Shown one piece after another: positions 35,361 through 49,138 of a stretch of DNA of 64,000 nucleotides. The stretch lies in contig LSRY02000030.1 of assembly GCA_001643675.2 (NCBI GenBank), positions 1,054,001-1,118,000 of the forward strand. Direction: 5' to 3'. The notes beneath the pieces are model-generated. The model was not told the origin of the DNA. It made no database searches and saw only the letters and a list, made by a program, of their open reading frames with translations. The position numbers were made by a program, and so were the translations under genes. Source of the stretch: Monocercomonoides exilis PA203. Taxonomy: Eukaryota; Protista; Preaxostyla. How positions within the stretch are numbered: position 1 is the stretch's first letter; each line of letters begins with the position of its first letter.

Positions 35361-37184
35361 TCAACCTTTCATCCAAAGTGGCGGTTCAGTCTCAACAATA
35401 TGTTTCCATAGATCTGACATTGTCATTCCACTCTTGTCTTCAAGTGAATTGTAGTGTCTCATCCATTCTGGTGGCTCTGTCTTGACTTCCCTTATCCAAT
35501 GCATGGCCATTGTCCTTCCGTTCCTGTCAGAAAGCGCAATTCTATGCCTCATCCATTCTGGTGGTTCTGTTTTGACACTTTCAATCCAGATCATAGCCAT
35601 TGTGGGCCCATTCTTATCAGTAAGTGAAGCATCATGTCTCATCCATTCTGGTGGTTCTGTTTTGACACTTGCAATCCAGAACATAGCCATTGTGAGCCCA
35701 TTCTTATTGCCAAATGTTATATCGTGTCTCATCCACTCTGGTGGCTCTGTCTTCACATAGTAAATCCAATGCATAGCCATCGTTGACCCTTTTTTGTTGC
35801 AGAGTGTAATGTAGTGCCTCATCCATTCTGATGGCTCTTTTTTCGCAAATCTTATCAAATGCATAGCCATTGTACATCCATGCTTATCTTCTTTCGCATT
35901 TTCATGTCTCATCCATTCTGGAGGTTCTGTTTTTACAGATTGAATCCAATGCATCGCCAACGTGAATCCTTCTTTATCACCAAGCGTAATGTTATGTCTG
36001 ATCCGTTCTGGCGGTTCTGTCTTTGCATGTCTTATCCAATGCATTGCCATTGTTTGTCCATTCTTATCAGAAAATGAACTTCCATGTCTCATCCACTCGG
36101 GTGGCTCTTTTCCGACGTGAATAATCCATATCATAGCCATTGTCCACCCATCCATGTCTATAAACGTCGTGTCATGCCTCATCCAGACTGGTGGCTCCAT
36201 TTTTGCCTCCATAATCCACAGCATCGCCATTGTCTCCCCGCTGCTATCGCGAAGTGCAATGTCGTGTCTCATCCATGATGGTGGCTCTGTATTCACATTT
36301 TTGATCCACAGCATTGCCATTGTTCGTCCAAACTTATCGGCAAGCGTGTTGTTGTGTCTCATCCATTCTGGCGGTTCTGTCTTGTTCTCAATAATCCACC
36401 TCATCCCCGCCGTCTGTCCATTTTCATCTTTCAATATTTCATCAAATTTCATCCATTTCGGTAATTCAGTTTTAACAAATATTCTCCAATAATCTGCCAT
36501 TGTCCATCTGTACGTATCTTTCAATGAATTGCAATGCCTTATCCATTCCGGTGGCTCTGTCTCTATATTCTCTATCCACAACATTGCCATTGTTCTGCCG
36601 TAGTTATCAGAAAGTGTAATATCGTGTCTCATCCACTTGGGAGGTTCTGTCTTGACATGTGAAATCCATATCATTGCCATTGTTCTCCCTTCCTTATCAG
36701 TAAGCGAAGCATCATGTCTCATCCATTCTGGTGGCTCTGTCTCTATATTCTCTATCCACAACATTGCCATTGTTCTCCCTTCCTTATCAGTAAGCGAAGC
36801 ATCATGTCTCATCCATTCTGGTGGCTCTGTCTCTATATTCTCTATCCACAACATTGCCATTGTACATCCTTTATAATTGGTAAGAGTTATATCGTGTCTC
36901 ATCCACTCTGGTGGCTCTTTTTTTGCAAATCTTATCAAATGCATAGCCATTGTATATCCATGCTTATCTTCTTGCGCATTTTCATGTCTCATCCATTCTG
37001 GAGGTTCTGTTTTGACATATGCAATCCAGAACATAGCCATTGTCCATCCTGTGCTATCAGCAAGAGTAATATCATGTCTTATTTTCTCAGGTGGTTCAGT
37101 ATGATTCTCCATAATCCATCGCATCGCTCTTGTGTGTTGACGTTTATTATCCTGTGGCTTTATCGCCTCCGAGTTATTGCCCAT
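35361..37184 (-). CDS. Intronless 607-aa protein of ~19 tandem 31-aa Trp/Met-rich repeats (ankyrin-like spacing)
   Basis: Repeat consensus DKxGxTMAMxWIxxxKTEPPEWMRHDxxLx; 93-bp DNA period; intact ORF; N-terminal MGNNS. Confidence 0.85.
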   Translation of the reverse strand: MGNNSEAIKPQDNKRQHTRAMRWIMENHTEPPEKIRHDITLADSTGWTMAMFWIAYVKTEPPEWMRHENAQEDKHGYTMAMHLIRFAKKEPPEWMRHDITLTNYKGCTMAMLWIENIETEPPEWMRHDASLTDKEGRTMAMLWIENIETEPPEWMRHDASLTDKEGRTMAMIWISHVKTEPPKWMRHDITLSDNYGRTMAMLWIENIETEPPEWIRHCNSLKDTYRWTMADYWRIFVKTELPKWMKFDEILKDENGQTAGMRWIIENKTEPPEWMRHNNTLADKFGRTMAMLWIKNVNTEPPSWMRHDIALRDSSGETMAMLWIMEAKMEPPVWMRHDTTFIDMDGWTMAMIWIIHVGKEPPEWMRHGSSFSDKNGQTMAMHWIRHAKTEPPERIRHNITLGDKEGFTLAMHWIQSVKTEPPEWMRHENAKEDKHGCTMAMHLIRFAKKEPSEWMRHYITLCNKKGSTMAMHWIYYVKTEPPEWMRHDITFGNKNGLTMAMFWIASVKTEPPEWMRHDASLTDKNGPTMAMIWIESVKTEPPEWMRHRIALSDRNGRTMAMHWIREVKTEPPEWMRHYNSLEDKSGMTMSDLWKHIVETEPPLWMKG

Positions 37185-40100
37185 GTTGCTTGGTTTTTTA
37201 AGTTTGATCCGAAATATAATAAAACAAAAAAATTATGGAATGAAAAACTTGATCATTCTTTAATGCAAATTTTCTGATATTAAAAGTTGAAATGAGAATT
37301 ATTATATCAGAGAAAAAATACATATGTTTGTCCCAATATTGCAATTGCATTGTTTTTCTTCTCACAAAAAATATTCAAAATTCAGCAAACGAAGGTTTTC
37401 TTTGGGTATATTGCTCTTTTTTTATTGTTTGTGTTTGTCCATGATTATTAAAAGGCCATCTATTTGAATGCTTCAAACTTTCTAAATATTCTGCTTTTTC
37501 CCGATTTTTTGTGATTTAAACAGAACTTGATTATAACCGAGCTTCACAAGACTATAATGGTTGTCGAACACTCATTTGTCATTTCAATAATCCCCATAAG
37601 CAGTTGAGAAAGGGGTTTTTGCTTTTTATTGCATTCTGAACGTGGTTTATTCATTTCCATTTCGAAAATGTTTTGATCCAAAGATAAATGCAATCACTTG
37701 TGATAACACGAGTTATTATGAATGCTTTGATGTCTTGAAGAGAGTTTGTTAAAGCCTTTTGTGATGGAAATGAGTATGTTGACAAAAAAGAGAAGAAGAA
37801 CAGTCTGGTCTTTATTAATTTTTCTATATATGAATATTAACATGTTGAATGTTTTTGTGTTGTTTTCAGGGCAGGAGGTGGAAATGAATGAAAATGAACT
37901 AAAGCGGGACATCTCGTTATGCAGGCTGACCATCGAGTTGGGAGAGCGAATTCATATGGAAAGTGCCCAGGGTGAAGGGATTGAAAGGGAATTGGAGATG
38001 ATCTTTTCAGACGCAAAAACAGGACATTTTTCAATGATGAGAATGGAATCTGGGCAGAAAACATGAATTTCACATTTTTCAGAAGGACCAGAAATCGATG
38101 CACTTGATGGAGAAACAACTGATGGAAAGGATGGTTGGCAAATCAGATGATGAAACACTTGAAAAAGGAAGGAATAATGAATTTTTATTGGAGGGAAACA
38201 GGCGCCGACAGAATAAAAAACAGAAAATTGCTTGTAAAAATGTTTGGAAGGTTTGCTGCTGTTGTTATTTTTTTTTTTTTTGAAGTGATTATTTTAATTC
38301 AGAATGCTGAAAGAGAGAAGGATTAGATGGCTTTGAAGAAGAAGAAAGGCGAGGAAGGAAGAATAAAGACGGACAGATGAAATGCGAGATATTTCGAAGA
38401 TGCTTGGCATTGGGCTTTTGCAAAGAATTATTTTTGACGAAAGAAGATTTTTTGTGAAAGAGGGGAAGTTAAAGAAGAAAAGATGGAATGAAAAAGAGAT
38501 TGACGCGTGCTTTGTATTTATTGTTAGAAAGAGAGAAAGAGGATTGAGCTGAAAGCGAAAAAGATTCAGAGGTTACATCTCTGCAGAAGAAAAAGAAACA
38601 GAAGAAGAGAATTTCAATGAATTTCTCCGTTGGCATAAATTGACACTCATCTTCTCAATATTCAACAATTAATCGTTTTATTCAATCCATTCATCATCAT
38701 CATCTTCTTCTTCATCAAATATATAAACATCATATCAATCAATTTCTGCTTCTTCTTTTTTTCTCTTTCTCTTCCCCACCCTCTTCATCTGCCTAATCCT
38801 TCTCTTTCATTCTATTCATTTTTCATTCTCCGTCTTCTCTCAACCAGCAGATCCTTCTTTGTTTCTTCTTCATTAGCTCTTCAATACTCTTCTTTTTCTC
38901 CTCTTTCCTCTTCTTTCCATTTCCATTTCGCCACTCAACTCTTTTCCCCTTCTTCTGTTCTATTCATCATCTTTATCCAACAGGCATTTACTCATTAAAC
39001 ACATCACATGTTCTTTCTTATTCTTCTCATTCTCATTTTCTTCATCATCAACATCAACATCAACATCCTAATCAACATCATAACATCAAAACCTCCCTCA
39101 AACCTTCTTCTTTCTCTTCTGTCATTCTTTCTCTGTCAACGCCTTCCATCTCCACCTCTTCCTTATCATTTTCCCTTTCTCCGCTTTCTGCTTCTTTCCC
39201 TTCTCTCTCTTCTCTCTCACACATCCCTTCTCTCCCTCATTCTTTTTTCACTCAACAGCTTCTTTCTCATTCAATTTCACCTGAATTTCCTCCTCCTCCT
39301 CCGCCTCTTTTTGACGAAAACAATGAATTTTCAAGCATTCACACAAGAAAACTTCAATTGAGACAGAACAGACTGAGATGGGGGCAGAGAAACAAACAGA
39401 TGCCGAACAAAGAGCAGAGGATGCTGGCTATTTTCACTGGAATGTATGAGAATGGGAATGATGGGAAAGATGGAAAAGGAAAAAAAGGAAATGTTGTGAG
39501 AGGAATGATAGGAATAACAGCGATGAGGGAGAGAGAGAAGGAGAAATGGAAAGAAGAACTGAAAGAGAGAGAAAAAGGAAAAGGAAAAGAGAAAGAGAAA
39601 CGAGAGAAATTTCCTGGTTTAAGCTGTTGGATGATTGGGTGGAGCTTCTTGATGCAGACGAGGCAGTCGATGAATGTGGAGTCAACGCATTGACACCCGA
39701 AAACTACTCATCTTCCCACACAATCAACACATTTGATTTTCCTGGCTATGCAACCAATCTTATTGACGACTTTCTCTTTGAGCAATTACTGAACAATGGC
39801 GATGACATTCTGCGAAGAAGATTCGGTTCGCTTGCAAACAGCCTCATTTCGAGCAGAGAATTGTCTGCTTTTCAGTCAGATGCGATCAGAAGGGAATTTG
39901 TGGCTGGAGCTGTTAGAGAGGGCTTTGGAGATCCATTGTGGCTGTGTGAAAGAGGAGTTTCCGTTCAGAAGCTAGTGAGATTGGCTCGGGCGTGTTGTTC
40001 GCTGAATACAAAAGCAGCGTTTGTTGAGGCAATGGCGAATCTGCAGAGATTTGTGAGTAATACAAACATATTTGAGAACCTTTCTGTTTGTAAATCCGAA

Positions 40101-40798
40101 GGAAATATTTCGAACTTGATCAAAACTTGTTCAATGAAAGTGCTGAATAAACTGCAGACATTTGCGATGAATTCACCTTGTTCATATAAAAGCTCTTTAT
40201 TTCCTGTGTGCAGACACCTGATACGAGCTCTTGAGCTATCGAAAATCAAAACAGAAGTCGAAAAATACCTTCAAAATGAATCAAACTCTTCAAGTATTCC
40301 TTTTTCTTCTTTCTCTTCCAGTTCGGAATCACTTTCAAGCTCCTCTTCATCTTCCTCTTCCTCTTCTTCCTCCTCCTCCTCCTCTTCTTCTCCAAATTCT
40401 GTTCTGAAGCTACTATTACATCAATCCATAGCATTCACCACTTCTCAGCTTCAATCAGCAAACACACGAGCATTTGGTATTTGGCTGCAGATTGTTATGA
40501 TGACAGACGATTTAACAGAAGAAGACGTGTTTCCGGTGGGCGAATGTTTGTGTGGTAGATACAGATAGATGAAACAGAACGGACATAAACATAGACATAT
40601 TCATTGAAATAAACATAAACATAGACTTCAATGCAGAAATCATCATCATCATCATCAGTATGCTTCAGAGAAGAAGAAAACGAGAGATGAAAAAGAAAAA
40701 GGGAATGAAAATGGATAAGATAGCAAAGAAGGAACAATTGAAACGGAATCTGTATTCTCAACTTGTGGTGAGTATTCTTGTTCTTGTTTTTCATCATG

Positions 40799-40912
40799 TT
40801 CTTCTTCTTCTTCTTCTTCTTCTTCTTCTTCTTCTTCTTCTTCTTCTTCTTCTTCTTCTTCTTCTTCTTCTTCTTCTTCTTCTTCTTCTTCTTCTTCTTC
40901 TTCTTCTTCTTC
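40799..40912 (+). repeat. (TTC)n microsatellite
   Basis: Directly visible pure tract. Confidence 0.95.
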
Positions 40913-41496
40913 TACTTCTACTTCTTCAACATCATTATCAAAAACAGCAGCAGTCAAATTCTACAAGAAAGAAAACATAGAAAACTTGTCATCTTCATCT
41001 TCCTCTTCTTCCGAACAGTCAGAAGTGAATTCTTCACAAGAAAGAGCAGAAAAAGCAGAAATTGATGAAATCATCGAAGGCTTCAAAAGAAAACATGCTC
41101 CGCGTCTGCCGCTTCCTGTGAACCTTCCGCCACAAGAAGCAACTCTTCAAAATTCATTTTATGTTCCTAGAAGACAAAGGCCAAAGAAAAAATAATCAAA
41201 ATTCAACACAAACCTTTTTGACTCATTCAATTGCTGGAATTGGCGCAGGCGCATCTCCGACTTAGACCAACGATTCCTTGTTTTCTCTTCCTCAGTCATC
41301 TTCTTCTCATTCACTTTCCTCTTCCCCCTCTTCATCCACATCTTCTCCAGCAATGACAGATCTCTCTCTCCATCCAAAACCACCCCACAGCTCTGAGATT
41401 GTCATGGCTTGCCGCATAAGAGCAATGCATCCTCTCCTCCGCCTACGCTATCTCAACCGCTGTGCGCAAGTGGCTGCTGCTTCTGGTGCTTCACGT

Positions 41497-41528
<32 letters not shown>

Positions 41529-42920
41529 TTCTCTTCTTCCTCGTTGCTTCGCTCTTCCAGAAACAGATTTCCGACAGGCAAAGAGCAGCAGATGAGGAGG
41601 ATGAGGCAGCAGTTCGGAAGAAGAAGGAAAAGACAATATTTTGTTTTCCCACCAGATGTGTTTGAGGCGCTGCCGCTGTTTGCAGAGTTTTGGATAATGG
41701 AGCGATATGCGGAGAATCTGGAGAAGAGGGAAAGAGAAAGAAGGAAAGAAGCAAGGAATGAGAGAAGAGAGGGTAAAAAGGACAAGAGAAATGATTAAGA
41801 TGAGGAAGGTATTGAAGCCTGCTAATGAAGGAGATAGCAGTGATGAAGAAAAAGAAAATAAAGTTAAAGAAGAAGAAAACGAGAGTTTATCATTGATTAG
41901 AAGAAATTCTTTGCAGGAAATGAAGAAAAAAGAAGAAAGTGAATGCCTTTCCGATAGCTCCATCATCGGCGATGAAGAAGAGCGAAGAGAGAAGAGGCAC
42001 AAACAGAGAGAGAAACAGAAGTTGATGCGAAGGTATTACCAGGCGCTTGAGCTTCAACGTGATTCTGTTGTGAATGAGGTGCTTTTGATGGTCAGGCCAA
42101 ATTTGCTGCTTTCTCCAGCGCCGATTGATGAATCGATAAAAAGACCAGGAATGAGTGTGAATGCTGCAAAAAGTGAGGGAAATGGCAAAGAAGACGGAAA
42201 AGAAGAGAAAGAAGTGAACAATTCTGTGAATGCAAATGGAAACAAGGAAGAAGTTGAAGGCAATGCAGATGAAGGAAAAGACGAAAATCAAAAAGTGATT
42301 TTGGAGGATTCAATGAACAACCTCAAAGAAGTTGTTTAAAAAGCAAAGATAATCAAACGGAAGCAGAAAAGAATACAAATACCAAAGAATCAATAAGAAA
42401 CGGCAGAAAAGACGAAATACGTTCCAATGAGCCAAAGTCCGAGCCTTTTTCATCGGAAAAGCAGCAAAAACAACTCCCTCTCCCCCACCTTATCCTTTTC
42501 CACAATCTAAACAGTACATTTCAGAACGAGGAGCATTTAGAAAGATACACTTAACACGAGGAAAGCGAATTGACGGTGGATGGAGAGGAGTTGGAGGTTG
42601 TGCATTGATTGTGCACAGCCAAGAGATGGAAATGGGGAGAGGAGCTGTTGGCGCACCTTTAACTCCGCTGTCACATGCTGTTGGAGGAGGTGGAGGTGGA
42701 ATTGGAATTGGAATTGGAATTGGAGGAGGAGGAGGAGGGGTGACGTTGGGTGTGATGGGGATGAAGGATTTGAACAAAGAAGTGACAAGGGCGATGCAAG
42801 ATGAGTTTCAGAATGAGAAAGGGAAAGTGGACGATGAAGAAGCGAAGATCACATTCAGTTCATTAGAATCAGATGATCAGAGAGATAAACTGCTTCGGCT
42901 GATGAAGCTGCAGGAAATAC

Positions 42921-42967
<47 letters not shown>

Positions 42968-43015
42968 AAGTAGTAGTAGAAGTAGTAGTAGTAGAAGAAG
43001 AAGAAGAAGAAGAAG
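42921..43015 (+). repeat. (GTA)n/(GAA)n compound microsatellite
   Basis: Directly visible. Confidence 0.9.
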
Positions 43016-45125
43016 AGCGGGAGCGCAGGAAAATGGAGAAAGAAAAAAAAGAAAAGAATTTGTTCAGCAGCATCCAAGGAATACTACAACCGCACCTTGA
43101 GACAGGCACGCCGACAAACCAGAAAGAGTACAAAATGGCAAGCGAGGCGCAACAAGAGGCGAAAGAAAGCCAAACACCAATTTTGACAAGAGAGCGGAAA
43201 TTGGACTGCATGTTGAATGATTTAGCGAATTCTGACCTGGAAGATTTGAGCGATGAACTGGATGTGCCCTGCCGCTATGTGCGAATCAAAAGCGAGGAGA
43301 ACGGGCAATTTGTGTGGAAGATGCGAAAAGTGCCTGTGTATGCGGCAGTCGACGCGAGGCAGACAAGAACGCGGTTGGATCTGATGAGCGCGCTGAAGAG
43401 CGGGCTGAGGCAGAGTCGGGCGGAGCTGCGAAGAGGAAGAGGGATGAAGTGGAGGGGCTGGTGGCCGTTCAAAGAGGAAGCAGAAGAAACACACAGAAAG
43501 GGAAAGAAAGGAGCAGGGAAAGGATCACCGCTGCTGTTTCAGAAGGAGAAAGGGATTAGAACATTCAGTCAGAGCAGTGTTCCTGGAAGAAGAGATGCTC
43601 TGTCGAAGCTGTTTTCTTCGCTATCGTTCTCAAAGTTGGTATCTTTCTCCGCTTTGCAGAATTCAATGGCGATGGATCTGATGCAGAAATACCCTGCACT
43701 CAATTTGGTTGCGCCTTTTGATTCAGATGCTGATTTTGCTGCAAATGCAAATATTTCTTTTCATCTTCTTTCTCATTACACTTCATCACTTGTCAATTCG
43801 TCCTTGTTAACATTCAACAGCAATCTTCTCCTTCTCTGAGAACATCTCTATCTCCTTCACAGCAATACCACGCTAAACTTTCATCTTCTGCTAGTCCTGC
43901 AGCTCCTGGCTCTCTTTCTCTACTCTCACTTACTGCTCTATCTTCACCTCCTTCTTTTTCATTCAACTCCCCTCAAATTCAGAGTCAGGCGTCATCTTTC
44001 ATTTCTATTCAGAAAGATACGAAGAAAAACTTCTTCAAAAAATGAATATCAGCTGAAATTATATGTCAACGGAAACGATTCTTTTTTAGCATAGAAAATC
44101 GGAGCAGAAGGAATTCAACAGAAAACGGAGATCGAATCTTACTTTTTTAATTTTGAAGATCAAGCATCTGAAGTGAAAAGGAAATAGTATTGAAGCAATT
44201 CATTTATGAAATGGATGTGTTCCTAAATAGCCTTCTACAGATTACACAGATACGAACTGGAGCAAATTGTTGAAAATGAAAAGGAAAGGAAAATTTAGAA
44301 GAGCATGCTGATATGATTGAAGAAATTCTATTTGAAGAGATGAAAGCAATGAATCTTTTTTCTTGAGCTCAATTTATATTTGATGAAAAGAAAAAATTAG
44401 ATGAAGAAATGTGGAAGAAATACTTTTATCTGAGCCAATATCAGACTTCTCGAAAGATAAGCGATGATATGTTCTCTTGTTGAAAAGAAGATGAAAATTC
44501 ATGAATGCAAAGTGAAATGAAAAGCCATCAGAATTAGAAGAAATTTATATGAGAATTAGAAAAATAATATCGCATACAGTGATTTTTGTGTCAACCGCAC
44601 TGAAAGTGAGTGTTTGAGTTGGAACAAATATTGAAGTGAGGAGGGTGAGGGAGGCGTCTTGGAAGAGGGAAATGAAGCCGTTGATGGCATATTCGATAAT
44701 GGCGCAAGTGTTTTGCTATGTTTAACCACAGCCATCAGCATCGGCTCCATTGTTTGCTACAATTTTATTCAGAGTAATGTGAGGGAACAAGCTTTTGAAT
44801 TTGGGTTAATCCAATATTCCACTTTATCTGTTTCTGTTTGATGAATCCGATGAATAGAATAAAATGAACGGATATTTGTTGGCTATGCAAAGGTGAGGAA
44901 AAAAAAGAAAATTAATAATTAATGTAAAATTTGTTAAAAAATTTTTGTTTTCTTTTCTTCTTTTCTGTTCTTCTTTTAAATTTTTTCTTAGCAATGTTTT
45001 GTTTTTCCAGTTTAGAAATATCAATTTTCCTTTTAAAGATTGATTTTTCATTATTTTTTTAAAAACTTGATCAAAATATTCAATTTCACAAAAAAATCAA
45101 AAGGTGTGTTTTTTGTTCTTATAAA

Positions 45126-45181
45126 TAAACCTCTGCGTCACCCTAAAAAATAAATTCATTCGTCTGTCACTCTGTCACTCT

Positions 45182-45272
<91 letters not shown>

Positions 45273-47109
45273 GTTGGTTGGTTGGTTAATTGGCATAATT
45301 ACATAAAAATGATTCATATTATTTTTCTCAAGAGTTTCAACAAAATTATCTCTTGCATGACCCATATTAAATTAATTAAATTTCATCGTTTGACTTTCGA
45401 AAGAATAATACAATAAATACTGTCAAATTTCAAAAGAGATTTATTGAAATGATTATTACATCAAATATAGATTTTAGTAATATATGTATATATTCTGGAT
45501 TCCAAATAGAACAATTACTGCTTTTAAAGCATTTATTACGTTAAAAAGCATGGTGAAATAGTTCATAATCCCCAAAAAGATAAATAGCAACGAACACAAG
45601 TTAAGGAAAAGACATTCTTTTTAACTATCCATTTAATTGTACGTCATCGTTCAGTAATGACAGATTGATTTCTTCATTTTCTTCTTTCACACCAGTTCCT
45701 CAAAGTTTCATTATTGAATATTTGCCTTCTTGTTCTACTATTTTCTCAAAGGATATTTGAGTGAAAATGGGGAAGAAGAGTTTTAATCAACAATACTGAA
45801 ATTGTTTGAGAAATTGGTAAAGAAGAAAAGAGAAGAGGAGAAAGAAGAGGGGCAAGAAGTGAAAGAAAGTGAAAAGCTATCTTCAACATCTGCTTGAGCA
45901 GCCTGAGCATCATCGAAGCTCTGAAATTTTTTCTCCAAACCGATGAGCGGAGAAACTCCGGGAAGAGAGGCGGAGTGACAGAAGCAATGGGAAGTGAGAT
46001 AATTGTCAGGAGAGGGAGAATGAGCTGATGCAGAAGAGGGAGGAGGGATGGTACAATCGTCCTCCCCCCGAAGGTCAGAGGGAGATGGAGCCACACAATG
46101 CGCTGCTGGACAAGCACTGTGTGATAGTCGACCAGCCAGCGATGCAGCGGCATCTGAAGATGATCGCGAAGGAAGAGAACGCGCAGAAAAGCTCTGCAAG
46201 AAAGGAATCAGACACAAAACAAGCACTGAAGAAGCGGAAGGCGATGCGGCGTGAGCAGGACAGGACTTTGGCGCTTGAATTGGAGTAGCTGCTGTAGCTG
46301 GAGGAGAAGCACAGGAGAGCAAGAACGTCCAGTGAAGGCGCAGCATTCACCAAGCAGCCGTCGGGTGGCTCTGTTGCACACTCAGCGATGGGTACGAGGC
46401 AAGGAAGGAAAGGACCAGGGAAGTTGGTGTAGCTGTCGAGGGGTGTGGAGAGAGGAGGGAGATACAGAGATAGTGAGAGATATAGAGATAGAGAGTGACA
46501 GAGAGGGAAAGGCTGAAGGAGAGCTTTAATACGGAAGATGGCGGAAGATATACAAATGGCGAATTCAAAATGATGAATCGGTAACAGCAGCAGCAGCAGC
46601 CAAAGCGGTTATGGCAGCGCTCACGGAAGAAGTTGATGAATTTGAGAGGGAAACGTGAATGGGAATGAGGGAATGGAGGATATGGAGGAGCATATGGAGG
46701 AGGGGCGCAAGGAGGGTACTACGAACGCGGAAGAGAGCCGATGCAAGGGACGATTGTGGGTTATGCACCAGTCTTTAAGAATGTGCCGAGGAATGCTGAG
46801 TATATGTTTCAACCAATAGGAAACATGGGGAATAAGGGGAATATGTGCATGGCAGGCTCCACATACCGCCAGCCGTATCAGCAGCAGTATCAGCCTTCCC
46901 TCCTCAGACACAAGCACAAGTGCAAGCACAAATGCAGATGCAGATGCGGCAGTCGCCAAGATTGCCTCATGCATATCAAAATGCATCGATGAACCCTTGG
47001 TTCAATGCACACGGTAATGGAGTTGATAACCATAACTTAACTTCATCATCATCATCTTCTTCTTCTTCTTCGTCTTCTTCTTCTTCTTCTTCTACTTCTT
47101 CTTCTTCTA

Positions 47110-47147
<38 letters not shown>

Positions 47148-49015
47148 TCTTCTTCCTCTTCTTATTCTTCCTTCTCCTCCTCCTCTTCTTCTTCTTCTTT
47201 AAACGAAAATAATTCATCTTCGGATTCTCTTTTTTTATTACGTTTTCGTAATTGAATTATCAAACAACAATAAGTCTATTTAATACTAATTTGCCACTTC
47301 AACACATGCATTCCAATTTTTCCTTCTATCTGCATTGATCTCTCTGGAAACACCACCGTCTCCCGCTCCGCATTAATCGCTTTCTTCCACTTCTTCCACC
47401 TCTCTTTCTCAAACACTCCACACACACTCCAATCTGGAATTTTCCTTCTTCTCTCTTTCGTCCACATCTTCTGTATAATCAGCTTCTCCAACATCCGAAA
47501 GCAGATTCCAGCCATCTTTCAGCTGAATGCTGAGAACAAAGAAGCATTGTTTATCATTTTTCATTGTGTGGCAAATCTTCTGAAGAAAATTCTTCATCTG
47601 GCGCTTGTCGAAATAGAGAAGAGAGAAGTGCGTATGCTTTTTGAAGCAGCTCCAGCTCTGTCAAAAACCTCATCTTATTGAATTGTAAAAGAAGAGCGTG
47701 TGCAATTTTGGAGATAGCGCTGCTTCAAGACGAAAAAAGGTAAAATGTCCATCGGGAGAGAAATGGTTAGCGCAGGAGAAGAGATAGGTGGAATTATTAT
47801 AATTGACTGAAGAAAGGAAAATCATTTTCATTTAGAAAAAATATGAGATATTACATAAAAAATTCGTATGTTTATTTTAATTAAGAAATGAAAATGATCT
47901 GAAAAAAGATTCTTTTACAATGTCACAGTTATTACAAACAGTTCTTGATCTCAATTGATAAATTCTGACATTTTTCCCCAACTGCTCGGCAATTCCTTGA
48001 AAAAATTAATTATCAAAAAATTCGCTGAACAGAAATTGGATTGGATCATTTAAAAATGTTGAAAATATATTGAAGATATCACTTCCTCTGAAAATATTGA
48101 GTAAGGATTATTTGAAACTTCATCAATCATGCATTTATCCATTTCATTTTTTCAAAAGTAGATAAATACAACAACGAAGAATAATAAGCTCTTTTTTTCT
48201 TGACCGAACAAGTTTAACCAAGGTGCTCTGATGCTGTAAATCAGTCGAAAGTATCAATAGTTGAACACTGTATTATATATTCTGCGAAATGCATTATTAT
48301 CAAAAACTTAAACATAAAAATAGACTCCGTTCACTGGCTGAAAAGAATTCAGGTCTTTCACATTACCATCATCGACGTGTTCCTCCTTCGCTTTATAAGA
48401 ATAATTACTTGCGCACTGCACCATTGTTGCCTTTCTCCAATGAATTCATTCACATTTGATGTTCATTTTTTCATGATAATGAATACCTTCTTTAAAACAA
48501 AACAATTTATCAAAATTAATACTTTAAAAAAAGACCAATATCTATTCATCATTGCTTGCAGCAATGGGTACTGCATTCGATGTTCAAAGCATAAATGAGT
48601 TTGAAAATACCACAATTATCTCATCTATGCTCAAAAAATCTCCATTTATCGAATCCGAGAAACCAATATTATGTTTTACAATAAGAATTGACAAGTGACT
48701 TGACAGTGACGAAAGTGACAAATTCTTGGAAAGTGATAAAAGATCTGAAAAAGTGACGATCATAAAAATCATTTTCTGACTAGATCAAAATTCTTATCCA
48801 AAATTTTAAATTGAAGTCCAAGTTCGGAAAAAAGACTTATTTTTCAAATTTAAAATAAATATTTATGAAAAAAGATATCATATTTTTATTTTCTGAATGG
48901 ATTGAGAAGCAGAAAAAAAACTTTTGATCAAATAAAAAAGTGACAAAGTGATTATCAATTTGTCAGTCACTCATGAAAAAAAAGCTCGTCATTGGCGGGG
49001 TGACGAGGAGGTTCA
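45126..49015 (-). mobile_element. Degenerate MULE-like DNA transposon with short TIRs and 8-bp TSD, carrying internal gene-like sequence
   Basis: TAAACCTCTGCGTCACCC (45126) versus GGGTGACGAGGAGGTTCA (to 49015); CTTATAAA flanks both ends (45118-25, 49016-23). Minus-strand relic EFIN*DQEL...NLFSDHFHFL (~47880-47970) resembles the MULE D..E...CxFH region. Confidence 0.55.
45760..47255 (+). pseudogene. Decayed coiled-coil/Gln-rich gene fragment inside the MULE-like element
   Basis: E/K/R-rich coding-like frames with many stops; poly-Ser tail. Confidence 0.45.
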
Positions 49016-49138
49016 CTTATAAATAAAACAATTATTTTTTACAGAAATAAAAGCTAAATACTCATGAATAATCAATTTATCTCTTTGATCAAAAAATACC
49101 ACAATAGAATTTATGTTTTCGATTTTTGATCTTTTTTA

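Larger units (their letters stand above)
37870..44520 (+). pseudogene. Large decayed low-complexity gene of unknown family
   Basis: Chain of + strand coding-like segments (39546-40568, 41707-42339, 42605-42925, 43033-43839) broken by stops, frameshifts and expanded microsatellites. Confidence 0.5.

Noticed and set aside
35361-37184. CRISPR-like regularly spaced repeats
   Set aside because: The 93-bp period is a protein repeat within an intact ORF, with codon-position variation and no unique spacers or cas genes.
40655-41065. poly-E/L/F ORFs (and similar ones at 35032-35265 and 61294-61753)
   Set aside because: Frames through simple repeats.
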